DNA of 40,490 nucleotides from an uncultured Gammaproteobacteria bacterium (GCA_964535515.1 CAZHTA010000004.1:27888-68377), one strand, 5' to 3'. Counted from the stretch's first letter, positions 16,841 to 24,727 are shown. Numbers and translations are program-made. Notes: generated by a model not told the origin, from the letters alone.

Positions 16841-17827
16841 ATGCCAAAAGTTTCTCATATTAAGTTTTTTAAGAATATCTCTAAAAGTGATGTTGATATT
16901 GCTGGTGGTAAGGGTGCGTCTTTAGGTGAGATGACACAAGCCAAGATTCCAGTACCAAATGGTTTTGTGGTTTTAGCCGCAGCCTTTGATCGTTTTTTAG
17001 AAGAGACACAATTAAAAGAGGAAATTGTGGCACGGCTAAAGGAAGTTAACCCAGAAGATACTAATTCGGTTGATCGTATTAGTGCGGTTATTCGTGATGC
17101 GATTCATGATCGGTCAATGCCTAAAGATTTGCAGAAAGAAATTTTAGGAGCATTTACTAAGTTAGATGCTAAATTTGTGGCTGTACGTTCATCGGCTACA
17201 GCAGAGGACTCATCTGTTGCTAGCTGGGCAGGGGAGCTGGAGAGTTATTTAAATACGAGTAAAAAAGATTTGATTGAACGGGTGCGTCGTTGTTGGTCGT
17301 CGTTGTTTACTCCGCGTGCTATTTTTTATCGTCATGAAAAAGGGTTAATTGACCATTATGTCTCAGTAGCGGTAGTAGTACAAAAAATGGTGCAGTCAGA
17401 AATTTCTGGCATTGCTTTTACTGTTCATCCAGTAACGGAAGATTATGACCAGATGATTATTGAAGCGGGGTATGGTTTGGGTGAAGCGATTGTCTCTGGA
17501 CAAATTACACCTGATAGCTATGTGATTAGCAAGGGTAGTATGGAGATTATGGATACTTATGTTAGTTCACAAGCTCGTCAGTTAATTCGTAAGAAATCTG
17601 CTAAGAGCAAAGGGGATGAAGAAAACACTTCAAATGAGTGGGTAAATTTAGGTAAAAAAGGTGAAAAACAAAAGGTCGACAACAAAACGGTCTTGGCCCT
17701 GGCCAAAGTATTTAAACGGATTGAGGACCATTACAAGTTTCCGTGTGATATCGAATGGGCTATGGAAAAGAAAAAAATATATATTACCCAAAGTCGTCCG
17801 ATTACTACTTTAAAGAAGAAAAAGTAG
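16841..17827 (+). CDS. Stand-alone PpsA/PPDK N-terminal ATP-grasp (nucleotide-binding) domain protein
   Basis: Collinear with E. coli PpsA residues about 1-345: GGKGASLGEM, IPVPNGFVV, VAVRSSATAEDS..SWAGE, AVVVQKMV, GIAFTVHP, EAGYGLGEAIVSG and DIEWAMEKKKIYITQSRPIT. It ends there, with no His or TIM-barrel domain. 1-nt gap to paralog 6. Confidence 0.9.
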   Translation: MPKVSHIKFFKNISKSDVDIAGGKGASLGEMTQAKIPVPNGFVVLAAAFDRFLEETQLKEEIVARLKEVNPEDTNSVDRISAVIRDAIHDRSMPKDLQKEILGAFTKLDAKFVAVRSSATAEDSSVASWAGELESYLNTSKKDLIERVRRCWSSLFTPRAIFYRHEKGLIDHYVSVAVVVQKMVQSEISGIAFTVHPVTEDYDQMIIEAGYGLGEAIVSGQITPDSYVISKGSMEIMDTYVSSQARQLIRKKSAKSKGDEENTSNEWVNLGKKGEKQKVDNKTVLALAKVFKRIEDHYKFPCDIEWAMEKKKIYITQSRPITTLKKKK

Positions 17828-17852
17828 TTATGGGTATTTAACTTATTGAACT

Positions 17853-18974
17853 ATGAAAGGAAATAGCAGGTTAGTGATAATTAGTTTAGCGTTATTAGTG
17901 CTTGGTGTTTTAAGTCGTAGTGCTTACTTAATTATCTTTGGTATTATTGGTTTGTATATTACTTACAAAAAGAATCAGGCCAGTTATCCAACAGGAACGA
18001 ATTTCCTGGTGGTCATATTTTCTGACCTATTGGATGAATTAAAAAAGAAATATCCACAATTTAATTTGGATAAGTTTTTACATAATATAAAAGTCAACAA
18101 AGTCGATGATAATCAAAATGTTAATTTTAATCGTATGCCTTTGAATAATGCCGGTAGTGCCAAAAAAGTTTTGGGGATAATTTTTGGTGTTATTATCTTA
18201 GTAATTTTAGTTGCTAAGTTTGTTATTGTTATCCCTGCTGGATATGTTGGTGTTTACAACCTGTTTGGTAAAGTAAGTGATCGACCGTTGTATTCAGGTT
18301 TGAATTTTGTTAACCCACTTGGTTCGGTAGAAAAGATGGATGTCAGAATCCAGGATTACACCATGAGTATCGCTCCTAACGAAGGAGCAAAAACAGGGGA
18401 CGATTCGATTTATGCCCTCAGTAAAGAAGGTTTAAGTGTTTCGTTGGACATTACCGTTCTTTATCGTTTGTCTCAAGAAAAAGCACCAGTATTGTTTAAA
18501 GAGATTGGACAGAACTATAGTGAAATTGTTGTTCGTCCAGAAATTCGTAGTGCGATTCGTGAGATAGTGGCCACTTATGATGTAAAAGATATTTATTCAG
18601 AAAAACGAGCGGAAGCTAATCAAAAACTTGTTGATTTACTAAAGAGTAAAGTTGAGCCACGCGGGATAATTATTGAGGAAGTGTTGTTACGTAATGTTCA
18701 GTTGCCAAAAAATTTAGCGGACAGTATTGAGTTAAAATTACAGTCCGAACAAGAAGCTCAGCGTTATGATTTCTTGCTTGAGCAAGAAACAAAAGAAGCG
18801 GAGAGGAAAAGGATCGAAGCTGCTGGCCAGCGAGATTCACAGAAGATTATTAGCGAAGGTTTAACTCCGGCATACTTGCAGTATCTGTATATTACTAGCT
18901 TGAAAGACCGTCAGGGCACGATATATATCCCAACTAATCCAAGCAATGGTTTGCCATCTTTTAAAGGTCTTTAG
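17853..18974 (+). CDS. SPFH/band-7 (prohibitin/HflC-like) membrane protein
   Basis: TM segments followed by IPAGYVGVYNLFGKV..., LSVSLDITVLYR, VRPEIRSAIREIV and a coiled-coil tail. Confidence 0.8.
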   Translation: MKGNSRLVIISLALLVLGVLSRSAYLIIFGIIGLYITYKKNQASYPTGTNFLVVIFSDLLDELKKKYPQFNLDKFLHNIKVNKVDDNQNVNFNRMPLNNAGSAKKVLGIIFGVIILVILVAKFVIVIPAGYVGVYNLFGKVSDRPLYSGLNFVNPLGSVEKMDVRIQDYTMSIAPNEGAKTGDDSIYALSKEGLSVSLDITVLYRLSQEKAPVLFKEIGQNYSEIVVRPEIRSAIREIVATYDVKDIYSEKRAEANQKLVDLLKSKVEPRGIIIEEVLLRNVQLPKNLADSIELKLQSEQEAQRYDFLLEQETKEAERKRIEAAGQRDSQKIISEGLTPAYLQYLYITSLKDRQGTIYIPTNPSNGLPSFKGL

Positions 18975-18980
18975 AACGCA

Positions 18981-19009
18981 TTGACAGAAACACGTTTTTG
19001 TGCTATAAT
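18981..19009 (+). promoter_or_regulatory. Consensus sigma70 promoter TTGACA-17 nt-TATAAT
   Basis: ttgacagaaacacgtttttgtgctataat. The -35 is at 18981-18986 and the -10 at 19004-19009. Confidence 0.7.
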
Positions 19010-19149
19010 GTCAACAATTAACTTGGGCAATGTAGTAAGGGCCTAAAAGCCAACAGGACGTTCCCAGTATTTCCAGGCTGGATTAAACCAGTCGGAGGTC
19101 GAATTTATCTATCTCAAACAACATTTTGGGAACAAAACAATCAAAATAT

Positions 19150-19479
19150 ATGGCTTTTGGTACTGACAGACAAATGTTTGATGTTGACTTGACCTGTGCT
19201 AAGTGCGGGTCTCACATCGCTCAGTTGCCTTTTCAACCATCTGGTGATCGACCGGTTTACTGTTCTGACTGCAACCGTGCTTTCCGCCAGAGTCGTCCTG
19301 ATGATCGTGGTAGCCGTGGTGGTAGTTTTGGTGGACGCTCAGATGGCCCTCGCCAGATGTACAGCGTTAACCTAAGCTGCGCTTCCTGCGGAACTGCGAT
19401 TACCCAACTACCGTTCCAGCCAACTGGTGATAAGCCAGTTTACTGCCGGGACTGTATGCAGGCTCGTCGTAATGGTTAA
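19150..19479 (+). CDS. Tandem CxxC-x18-CxxC zinc-ribbon protein with an RGG-like linker (ATG 19150 preferred over TTG 19126)
   Basis: Two repeats, CAKCGSHIAQLPFQPSGDRPVYCSDC and CASCGTAITQLPFQPTGDKPVYCRDC, joined by DDRGSRGGSFGGRSDG. G+C is visibly higher than in the neighbours. Confidence 0.75.
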   Translation: MAFGTDRQMFDVDLTCAKCGSHIAQLPFQPSGDRPVYCSDCNRAFRQSRPDDRGSRGGSFGGRSDGPRQMYSVNLSCASCGTAITQLPFQPTGDKPVYCRDCMQARRNG

Positions 19480-19491
19480 AATGGAAATCAA

Positions 19492-19523
19492 ATCCTCTCG
19501 AGTAATATCGGGAGGATTTTTTT
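19492..19523 (+). terminator. Intrinsic terminator
   Basis: ATCCTCTCG-agtaatat-CGGGAGGAT followed by TTTTTT. Confidence 0.85.
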
Positions 19524-19527
19524 AATC

Positions 19528-19555
19528 TTGAAAAAAACATTAAAGCTGGTATAAT
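19528..19555 (+). promoter_or_regulatory. Promoter TTGAAA-16 nt-TGgTATAAT; -10 ends 8 nt before the ATG at 19564 (leaderless or near-leaderless)
   Basis: cttgaaaaaaacattaaagctggtataatacttcaatATG. Confidence 0.55.
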
Positions 19556-19563
19556 ACTTCAAT

Positions 19564-20184
19564 ATGTATACTAAAAAAGAAAAAGAGCTTGTTTCCTATA
19601 CACGCAATAAAGTGCGTGAACTTTTTGCTAACTATCCAGCTCCAGCACATGGTTTTGACCATGTTGTTAGAGTTACAAATTGGGCCAAGTTAATTGCCAC
19701 TAAAGAAAAGGCAAATCCTTTTTTATCGGAAATGAGCGGTTGGTTGCATGATGTGGGTCGTACTTTAGAAACAGGTGCTAATTTGATGAGTGAGCATCAT
19801 GAATTGTCATATGAAATGTGTCAGAAATGGTTTAAAGAGGATGAAGTGTTACGTGGTGGTTTAACCAAACAACAGAAGTTAGTTATTCTTTATTCGGTTC
19901 GTTATCATTGGAACAACGCGGCAGAAAAATATCCAGAGGCTTGGGTTTTACGAGATGCGGATAAGATAGACGCTCTGGGGTTAGTTGGTATTAAGCGTTT
20001 GCAAAAATTTTGTGATGGCGACATGAAGAAAGTCGATTTTGGTCTTCGACTTTTTTACGATAACTTTTATTGGTTAAAAACCAAAGCTGCTAGAGATATT
20101 GTTAAGAAAAGAGGTTTAGAGAAAGAAACTAATCGTTTTTATCTCAATTTTTTGCGTAAGATGGTTAAACCAGTGGAATTGTAA
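19564..20184 (+). CDS. HD-domain phosphohydrolase
   Basis: HGFDHVVRV and WLHDVGR (the H...HD motif), with LRDADKIDALG downstream. Confidence 0.75.
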   Translation: MYTKKEKELVSYTRNKVRELFANYPAPAHGFDHVVRVTNWAKLIATKEKANPFLSEMSGWLHDVGRTLETGANLMSEHHELSYEMCQKWFKEDEVLRGGLTKQQKLVILYSVRYHWNNAAEKYPEAWVLRDADKIDALGLVGIKRLQKFCDGDMKKVDFGLRLFYDNFYWLKTKAARDIVKKRGLEKETNRFYLNFLRKMVKPVEL

Positions 20185-20189
20185 GTGAT

Positions 20190-21257
20190 ATGGTTTTAAA
20201 GAAAAAAGAGAAAATTTTAGTTGCCATGAGTGGCGGAGTTGATTCATCGGTTGTTGCTGCGCTGTTAGTTAAGGTGGGATATGATGTCACCGGCGCATAC
20301 ATGGTTAATTACGACGGTCAATTACCAGGCGGTGAATCTTGTTGGCATGGTGATTATCAGGATGCTTTGCGAGTGGCAGCTCATCTTGGTATTTCTTTAA
20401 TTCGTTTAGATTTTGTACCAGAGTACAAAAAGTCTGTTTTGGATTATCTTTTTAAAGAGTATTCTGCCGGACGTACACCTAATCCAGATGTGATGTGTAA
20501 CAAGTTTGTTAAGTTTGGTTTTTGGTTAAAGGCGATGGAAAAGTTGGGGTTTGATAAATTAGCGACTGGACATTATGCAAATTTGGTTAAGCGTGGTGGC
20601 GGGTTTAAATTGTTAGAAGCAAAAGATAAGAATAAGGATCAAACATATTTTCTTCATCAATTAAACCAAAAACAATTAAGCAAGGTTTTATTTCCAATTG
20701 GTGGGTACACTAAAGATGAGGTGAGAAAGCTGGCGAGGAAATTTAATTTGCCGACAGCCGAAAAGGAAGAGAGTATGGGAATTTGTTTTATTGGTGAAGT
20801 TTCAATGCGGGATTTTCTAAAAGGCAAGGTAAAAGCTAAGCCAGGGAAGATTGTTAATACCAGCGGTGAGATTATTGGCGAACATACTGGTTTGCCGTTC
20901 TATACTATTGGTGAACGGGGTTTAAATTTAGATAAAAGTGGTGGCCAGCCATATTTTGTAGTGGAAAAGAATGTAAAAAAGAATCAGTTGGTTGTTGGAT
21001 TTGAAGATGATCCGGCTTTGTTTAAAAAAGAGGTACTAATTAAAACATTGAATTGGGTTAGTGGACAAACACCTAAATTTCCGTTAAAATGCCAGATAAG
21101 GATGCGACATCGTCAGTCGCTAGTTAATTGTATTTTGAACAACAAGGGACGTGATATTTTAATTAATTTTAATAAACCAGAACGAGCAGTCACCCCCGGT
21201 CAGTTTGCAGTATTTTACAAGAATGGTGAATGTTTGGGTGGGGGAGCTGTTAAGTAG
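20190..21257 (+). CDS. mnmA: tRNA-specific 2-thiouridylase
   Basis: PP-loop VAMSGGVDSSV, TPNPDVMCN, ATGHYA and KDQTYFL. Confidence 0.93.
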   Translation: MVLKKKEKILVAMSGGVDSSVVAALLVKVGYDVTGAYMVNYDGQLPGGESCWHGDYQDALRVAAHLGISLIRLDFVPEYKKSVLDYLFKEYSAGRTPNPDVMCNKFVKFGFWLKAMEKLGFDKLATGHYANLVKRGGGFKLLEAKDKNKDQTYFLHQLNQKQLSKVLFPIGGYTKDEVRKLARKFNLPTAEKEESMGICFIGEVSMRDFLKGKVKAKPGKIVNTSGEIIGEHTGLPFYTIGERGLNLDKSGGQPYFVVEKNVKKNQLVVGFEDDPALFKKEVLIKTLNWVSGQTPKFPLKCQIRMRHRQSLVNCILNNKGRDILINFNKPERAVTPGQFAVFYKNGECLGGGAVK

Positions 21258-21260
21258 ATT

Positions 21261-21953
21261 ATGAAGATTGGTTTTAATACAAGCCAGATAGATGTTGTCT
21301 CTCTTGATCAAAAAATTAAATTATTTTTAGAGTTAGGATGCAATGCTATAGAATTTAGTATGGCCTATCTCGAGAGAGAAAAGCAATTGGCGGAAAACTG
21401 GGACAAAGTACCTTGGGATAAATTTGTTTATAAGTCATTGCACGCGCCAGTTCGAGATACTGCTTATAAAGATGATCAAGGTACTCATGATTTATTGGGC
21501 AGACTAGAAAAATTACAGGAGAAATATGGTTTTGATTTAATGGTTTTTCATCCGGATGTTGTAGAAGATTTTTCAATTTTTAAAAGGTACAACCTCCCGG
21601 TTGCTTTTGAAAATATGGATAATAGGAAAAAGACAGCAAGAGACGTGGAAAGTTTCAAAGGAATTTTTTCTTTAATTGATGCAGCGATGGTGTTAGATTT
21701 GAGTCATTGCTATGTTAATGATAATTCGATGAATTTGGCCAATGAATTTTATTTAAATTTTAAAGACAGGATTAAAGAAATCCACTTAAGTGGCCACAGC
21801 ACATTGCACGATCCGTTATACAAGACGAAACAAATAGAAATAATCAAAGCTATTCCAAATAAAGAGATTCCGATTATTATTGAAAGTCTGCAGGAGACCA
21901 TGGATGATGTTAAAAAGGAGTTTGCGTACGTTACAGATATTTTGAATAAATAA
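21261..21953 (+). CDS. Xylose-isomerase-like TIM-barrel (AP endonuclease 2 / sugar-phosphate isomerase-epimerase) family protein
   Basis: Spaced motifs LHAP, FHPD, FENMD, LDLSHCY and EIHLSGH, typical of this fold. Confidence 0.5.
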   Translation: MKIGFNTSQIDVVSLDQKIKLFLELGCNAIEFSMAYLEREKQLAENWDKVPWDKFVYKSLHAPVRDTAYKDDQGTHDLLGRLEKLQEKYGFDLMVFHPDVVEDFSIFKRYNLPVAFENMDNRKKTARDVESFKGIFSLIDAAMVLDLSHCYVNDNSMNLANEFYLNFKDRIKEIHLSGHSTLHDPLYKTKQIEIIKAIPNKEIPIIIESLQETMDDVKKEFAYVTDILNK

Positions 21954-21954
21954 T

Positions 21955-23808
21955 ATGATTACCTCAGTACAACTTCGTGAAAAATATTTAGAGTTTTTTA
22001 AAAGCAAAGGGCATGGAGTGATCCCCTCGGCTTCTTTGATTCCAGAAAATGATCCAACAGTATTGTTTACTACTGCAGGTATGCATCCATTGGTGCCGTA
22101 TTTACTTGGAGAAAAGCATCCTTCTGGTACACGGTTGGTTAATGTACAAAAATGTATTCGTACTCAAGATATTGATGAAGTAGGAGACAATCGTCATGAT
22201 ACTTTCTTTGAAATGATGGGAAATTGGTCTTTGGGTGATTATTTTAAAAAAGAAGCAATTGAGTGGAGTTTTGAATTTTTAACTAATAAAGAAACTGGTT
22301 TGGGGCTAGATATTAATAAGTTGGCGGTTTCAGTGTTTGCTGGGGATGATAATGCTCCACGTGATGAAGAATCAGCGGGTATTTGGAAATCACTGGGTAT
22401 GCCAGAGGAACGTATCGCCTATTTACCTAAAAGTAATAACTGGTGGGGACCAGCTGGTCAGACTGGTCCTTGTGGACCAGATACAGAAATGTTTTTTTGG
22501 AAAGGTGAAGGTGAATATCCACCGGCTGGTAGTAATCCTGGCACAGATGAAGATAACTGGTTGGAGATCTGGAATGATGTGTTTATGGAATATGAGAAAA
22601 CAAAAGAAGGCACATTTGTTCAACTTAAACAAAAGAACGTTGACACTGGTATGGGTTTAGAGCGTACATTAATGACGTTGAATGGTTTTGCTGATGTTTT
22701 TCAAATTGACACTTTTTGGCCGTTAATTCAAAAAATTCAAGATATTTCGGGGCATGAATATATTGAAAGTGTAGCGGTAACCAAGTCCATGCGTATTATT
22801 GCTGACCATATTCGTACGGCTACAATGATTACGGGGGATGACCATAGTATTGCTCCAAGTAATGTTGATCAGGGATATATTGTTCGCCGTATGATTCGTC
22901 GGGCAGTACGTCATGGGCGTAGTCTTGGTATTACTGAAAATTTTTGTTCTCAAATTGCTGGTGAGGTAATTAAAATATTTACAGAAGTTTATCCAGAAGT
23001 AGCACGTAACAAAGAATTCGTTTTAACGGAAATTGCTAAAGAAGAAAGTAAGTTTAGAAATACTATTGAGCAGGGTTTGAAAGAATTTGAAAAATTGATT
23101 AATGGTTTTAGAATTGCTTTTGAAAAAACTGGTCGTCAGATGGAAGAAATTTCTGGTAAGCAAGCTTTCAAGCTTTTTGATACCTATGGTTTTCCTTTGG
23201 AGATGACACAAGAACTTGCTTTAGAAAACAATTTAAAAGTTAATGTGGCAGAATTTGAAGAAGCATTTAAAGCGCACCAAAGTTTGTCGCGTGCGGGTGC
23301 TGAACAGAAATTTAAGGGTGGTTTGGCTGATACTTCTGAGATGTCCACAAAATATCATACAGCAACACATTTATTGCAAGCGGCATTGCGTACAGTGCTA
23401 GGAAATCATATTGGTCAAAAAGGGAGCAACATCACAGCTGAACGGTTACGTTTTGATTTTTCGCATCCCGAAAAAATGACTGATGAACAGAAAAAGCAGG
23501 TAGAAGATTTGGTAAATTATGCTATTCAACATAATTACGAAGTGACTTTTGAGGAAATGAGTTTGGAGGACGCGGAGAAGCGCAATGCCACCGGTTTGTT
23601 TGTTGATCGCTATGGCGCCAAAGTTAAGGTGTATTCAGTCGGTGATCCTTTAACTCCACCGGCAGCACATGAGAATTCACTTACGTTTAGTAAGGAAGTG
23701 TGCGGTGGTCCACACGTAGAACACACTGGTGTATTAGGAACTTTCAAGATTATTAAAGAAGAAGCGGTTTCATCGGGTGTGCGTCGTATTAAAGCAATTT
23801 TAGAATAA
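21955..23808 (+). CDS. alaS: Alanine--tRNA ligase, short form (617 aa; catalytic + editing domains, no C-Ala domain)
   Basis: FFKSKGHGVIPSASLIPENDPTVLFTTAGMHPLVPYLLG, the editing-domain motif HTATHLL and CGGPHV. Ends soon after the editing domain. Confidence 0.93.
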   Translation: MITSVQLREKYLEFFKSKGHGVIPSASLIPENDPTVLFTTAGMHPLVPYLLGEKHPSGTRLVNVQKCIRTQDIDEVGDNRHDTFFEMMGNWSLGDYFKKEAIEWSFEFLTNKETGLGLDINKLAVSVFAGDDNAPRDEESAGIWKSLGMPEERIAYLPKSNNWWGPAGQTGPCGPDTEMFFWKGEGEYPPAGSNPGTDEDNWLEIWNDVFMEYEKTKEGTFVQLKQKNVDTGMGLERTLMTLNGFADVFQIDTFWPLIQKIQDISGHEYIESVAVTKSMRIIADHIRTATMITGDDHSIAPSNVDQGYIVRRMIRRAVRHGRSLGITENFCSQIAGEVIKIFTEVYPEVARNKEFVLTEIAKEESKFRNTIEQGLKEFEKLINGFRIAFEKTGRQMEEISGKQAFKLFDTYGFPLEMTQELALENNLKVNVAEFEEAFKAHQSLSRAGAEQKFKGGLADTSEMSTKYHTATHLLQAALRTVLGNHIGQKGSNITAERLRFDFSHPEKMTDEQKKQVEDLVNYAIQHNYEVTFEEMSLEDAEKRNATGLFVDRYGAKVKVYSVGDPLTPPAAHENSLTFSKEVCGGPHVEHTGVLGTFKIIKEEAVSSGVRRIKAILE

Positions 23809-23809
23809 A

Positions 23810-24277
23810 ATGGTAAAAAGATTTATTTGTTATCTTTGGAAAAAGAAGTTTCTACAATATTCTATTGTTGGAAGCTCTGCTTTTGTTTTAGATTTTGCTT
23901 CGTTGATTATTTTGAAAGAAGTTTTTAATTTTAATCCGATTGTGGCAGTAGCAGTGGATCAGATTATTACAATTAATTATGTTTTCTTTTTAAATAAGTA
24001 TTGGTCATTTAAATCTAACGGTCAAACAACTAAGCAGTTAGTTAAATTTTTAGTTTTGATGCTTTGGAATTATGTTTTCGCTGTTTTTTGGATGTGGTTG
24101 TTCACAAGTGTAGTTTCTTTTTCTATAGAAGTAAGTTTGTTTGGCAAAACACGTGATCTTTGGTATTTGGTAGTTAGACTAGCGAATATCCTTTTGGCCA
24201 TCAGTTGGAACTTTTTAATTTACAAATATTGGGTGTACAAGGCAGAAGTTTTGGAAAACAAAAATCCGACCGCATAA
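23810..24277 (+). CDS. GtrA-family membrane protein
   Basis: Four TM helices. FLQYSIVGSSAFVLDFASLIIL and FFLNKYWSFKS match the GtrA-like pattern. Confidence 0.6.
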   Translation: MVKRFICYLWKKKFLQYSIVGSSAFVLDFASLIILKEVFNFNPIVAVAVDQIITINYVFFLNKYWSFKSNGQTTKQLVKFLVLMLWNYVFAVFWMWLFTSVVSFSIEVSLFGKTRDLWYLVVRLANILLAISWNFLIYKYWVYKAEVLENKNPTA

Positions 24278-24331
24278 AACCTCCTGCTTTGTCTCCAAAT
24301 ATTTAGAGATAAAACAGTAGGGCGGTCGGAT
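24253..24331 (-). terminator. Possible terminator for the island-2 ORF: 10-bp inverted repeat with a large loop and a U-rich tail on the minus strand
   Basis: ATCCGACCGC (24264-24273, inside the 3' end of the GtrA-like CDS) pairs with GCGGTCGGAT (24322-24331, the island edge). The 48-nt loop holds an inner palindrome, GTCTCCAAATATTTAGAGAT (24291-24310). The minus strand continues TTTTGTTTTCC. Confidence 0.3.
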
Positions 24332-24641
24332 ATGTATCCTTTGTCCCACTGCGCTCTGGATCGAACGATCCTGGGCGGGGGGGCACGGGCCTCTTCAGTC
24401 GTTGCGCTCGATCGGCTCGCCGTCGGACTCGGTGCGTACGCGATGGTGTGCGCCAGCCCAGGTGCGAAGAACGCCGCGACTGCCTTCGGTGCCACGAAGA
24501 TGTCGCACAGACGGCGGGGTCGAGACGTCTTTGGCTTTGGCCGCACGTTCGAGGATCTCTTCCCAGCAGTCCGCGCACGGAGCCGTTTCCGAACAGTCCG
24601 GATTGTTGCAAGGCATTATGATGCCCTTTCAAAAGTTGAAG
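24316..24641. other. High-GC compositional island 2
   Basis: 42/60 G+C counted at 24421-24480. The 8-mer GATAAAAC occurs on both sides (24308-24315 and 24642-24649). Confidence 0.8.
24395..24616 (-). CDS. Small (73 aa) Cys-rich hypothetical protein, C-x4-C-x5-C-x2-C at the N-terminus; high GC
   Basis: MPCNNPDCSETAPCADCWEEILERAAKAKD... This is the frame with G/C-rich third positions and a protein-like composition. AAAGGG lies 8 nt upstream of the ATG. The other overlapping frames look like high-GC shadows. Confidence 0.5.
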   Translation of the reverse strand: MPCNNPDCSETAPCADCWEEILERAAKAKDVSTPPSVRHLRGTEGSRGVLRTWAGAHHRVRTESDGEPIERND

Positions 24642-24727
24642 GATAAAACTATTAAACATTAAAAAAAGTGTTTAGTCAAGAACTGTGGGTTAATTAGAAA
24701 AATACTAAATTTATGCATATTTAAGCC

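Noticed and set aside
19010-19149. SRP (4.5S) RNA or another known small RNA in the long leader upstream of the zinc-ribbon gene.
   Set aside because: I could not find the conserved SRP domain IV motifs (GGAAGCAGC-type) or any extended helix. It is kept only as a possible leader within the zinc-ribbon finding.
24340-24385. tRNA-like fragment suggested by GGATCGAACGATCC.
   Set aside because: This is a simple palindrome. It has no 7-nt T-loop consensus (TTCGAAT/TTCAAAT), no acceptor or anticodon arms and no CCA context on either strand.
24220-24662. Four further overlapping ORFs across island 2 (24220-24546 -, 24303-24659 -, 24332-24646 +, 24402-24662 +).
   Set aside because: These are the same high-GC artefact. 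They run into AT-rich flanks, lack start contexts and have R/A/S/P-dominated sequences. The 73-aa frame is the only plausible one, and even that call is moderate.
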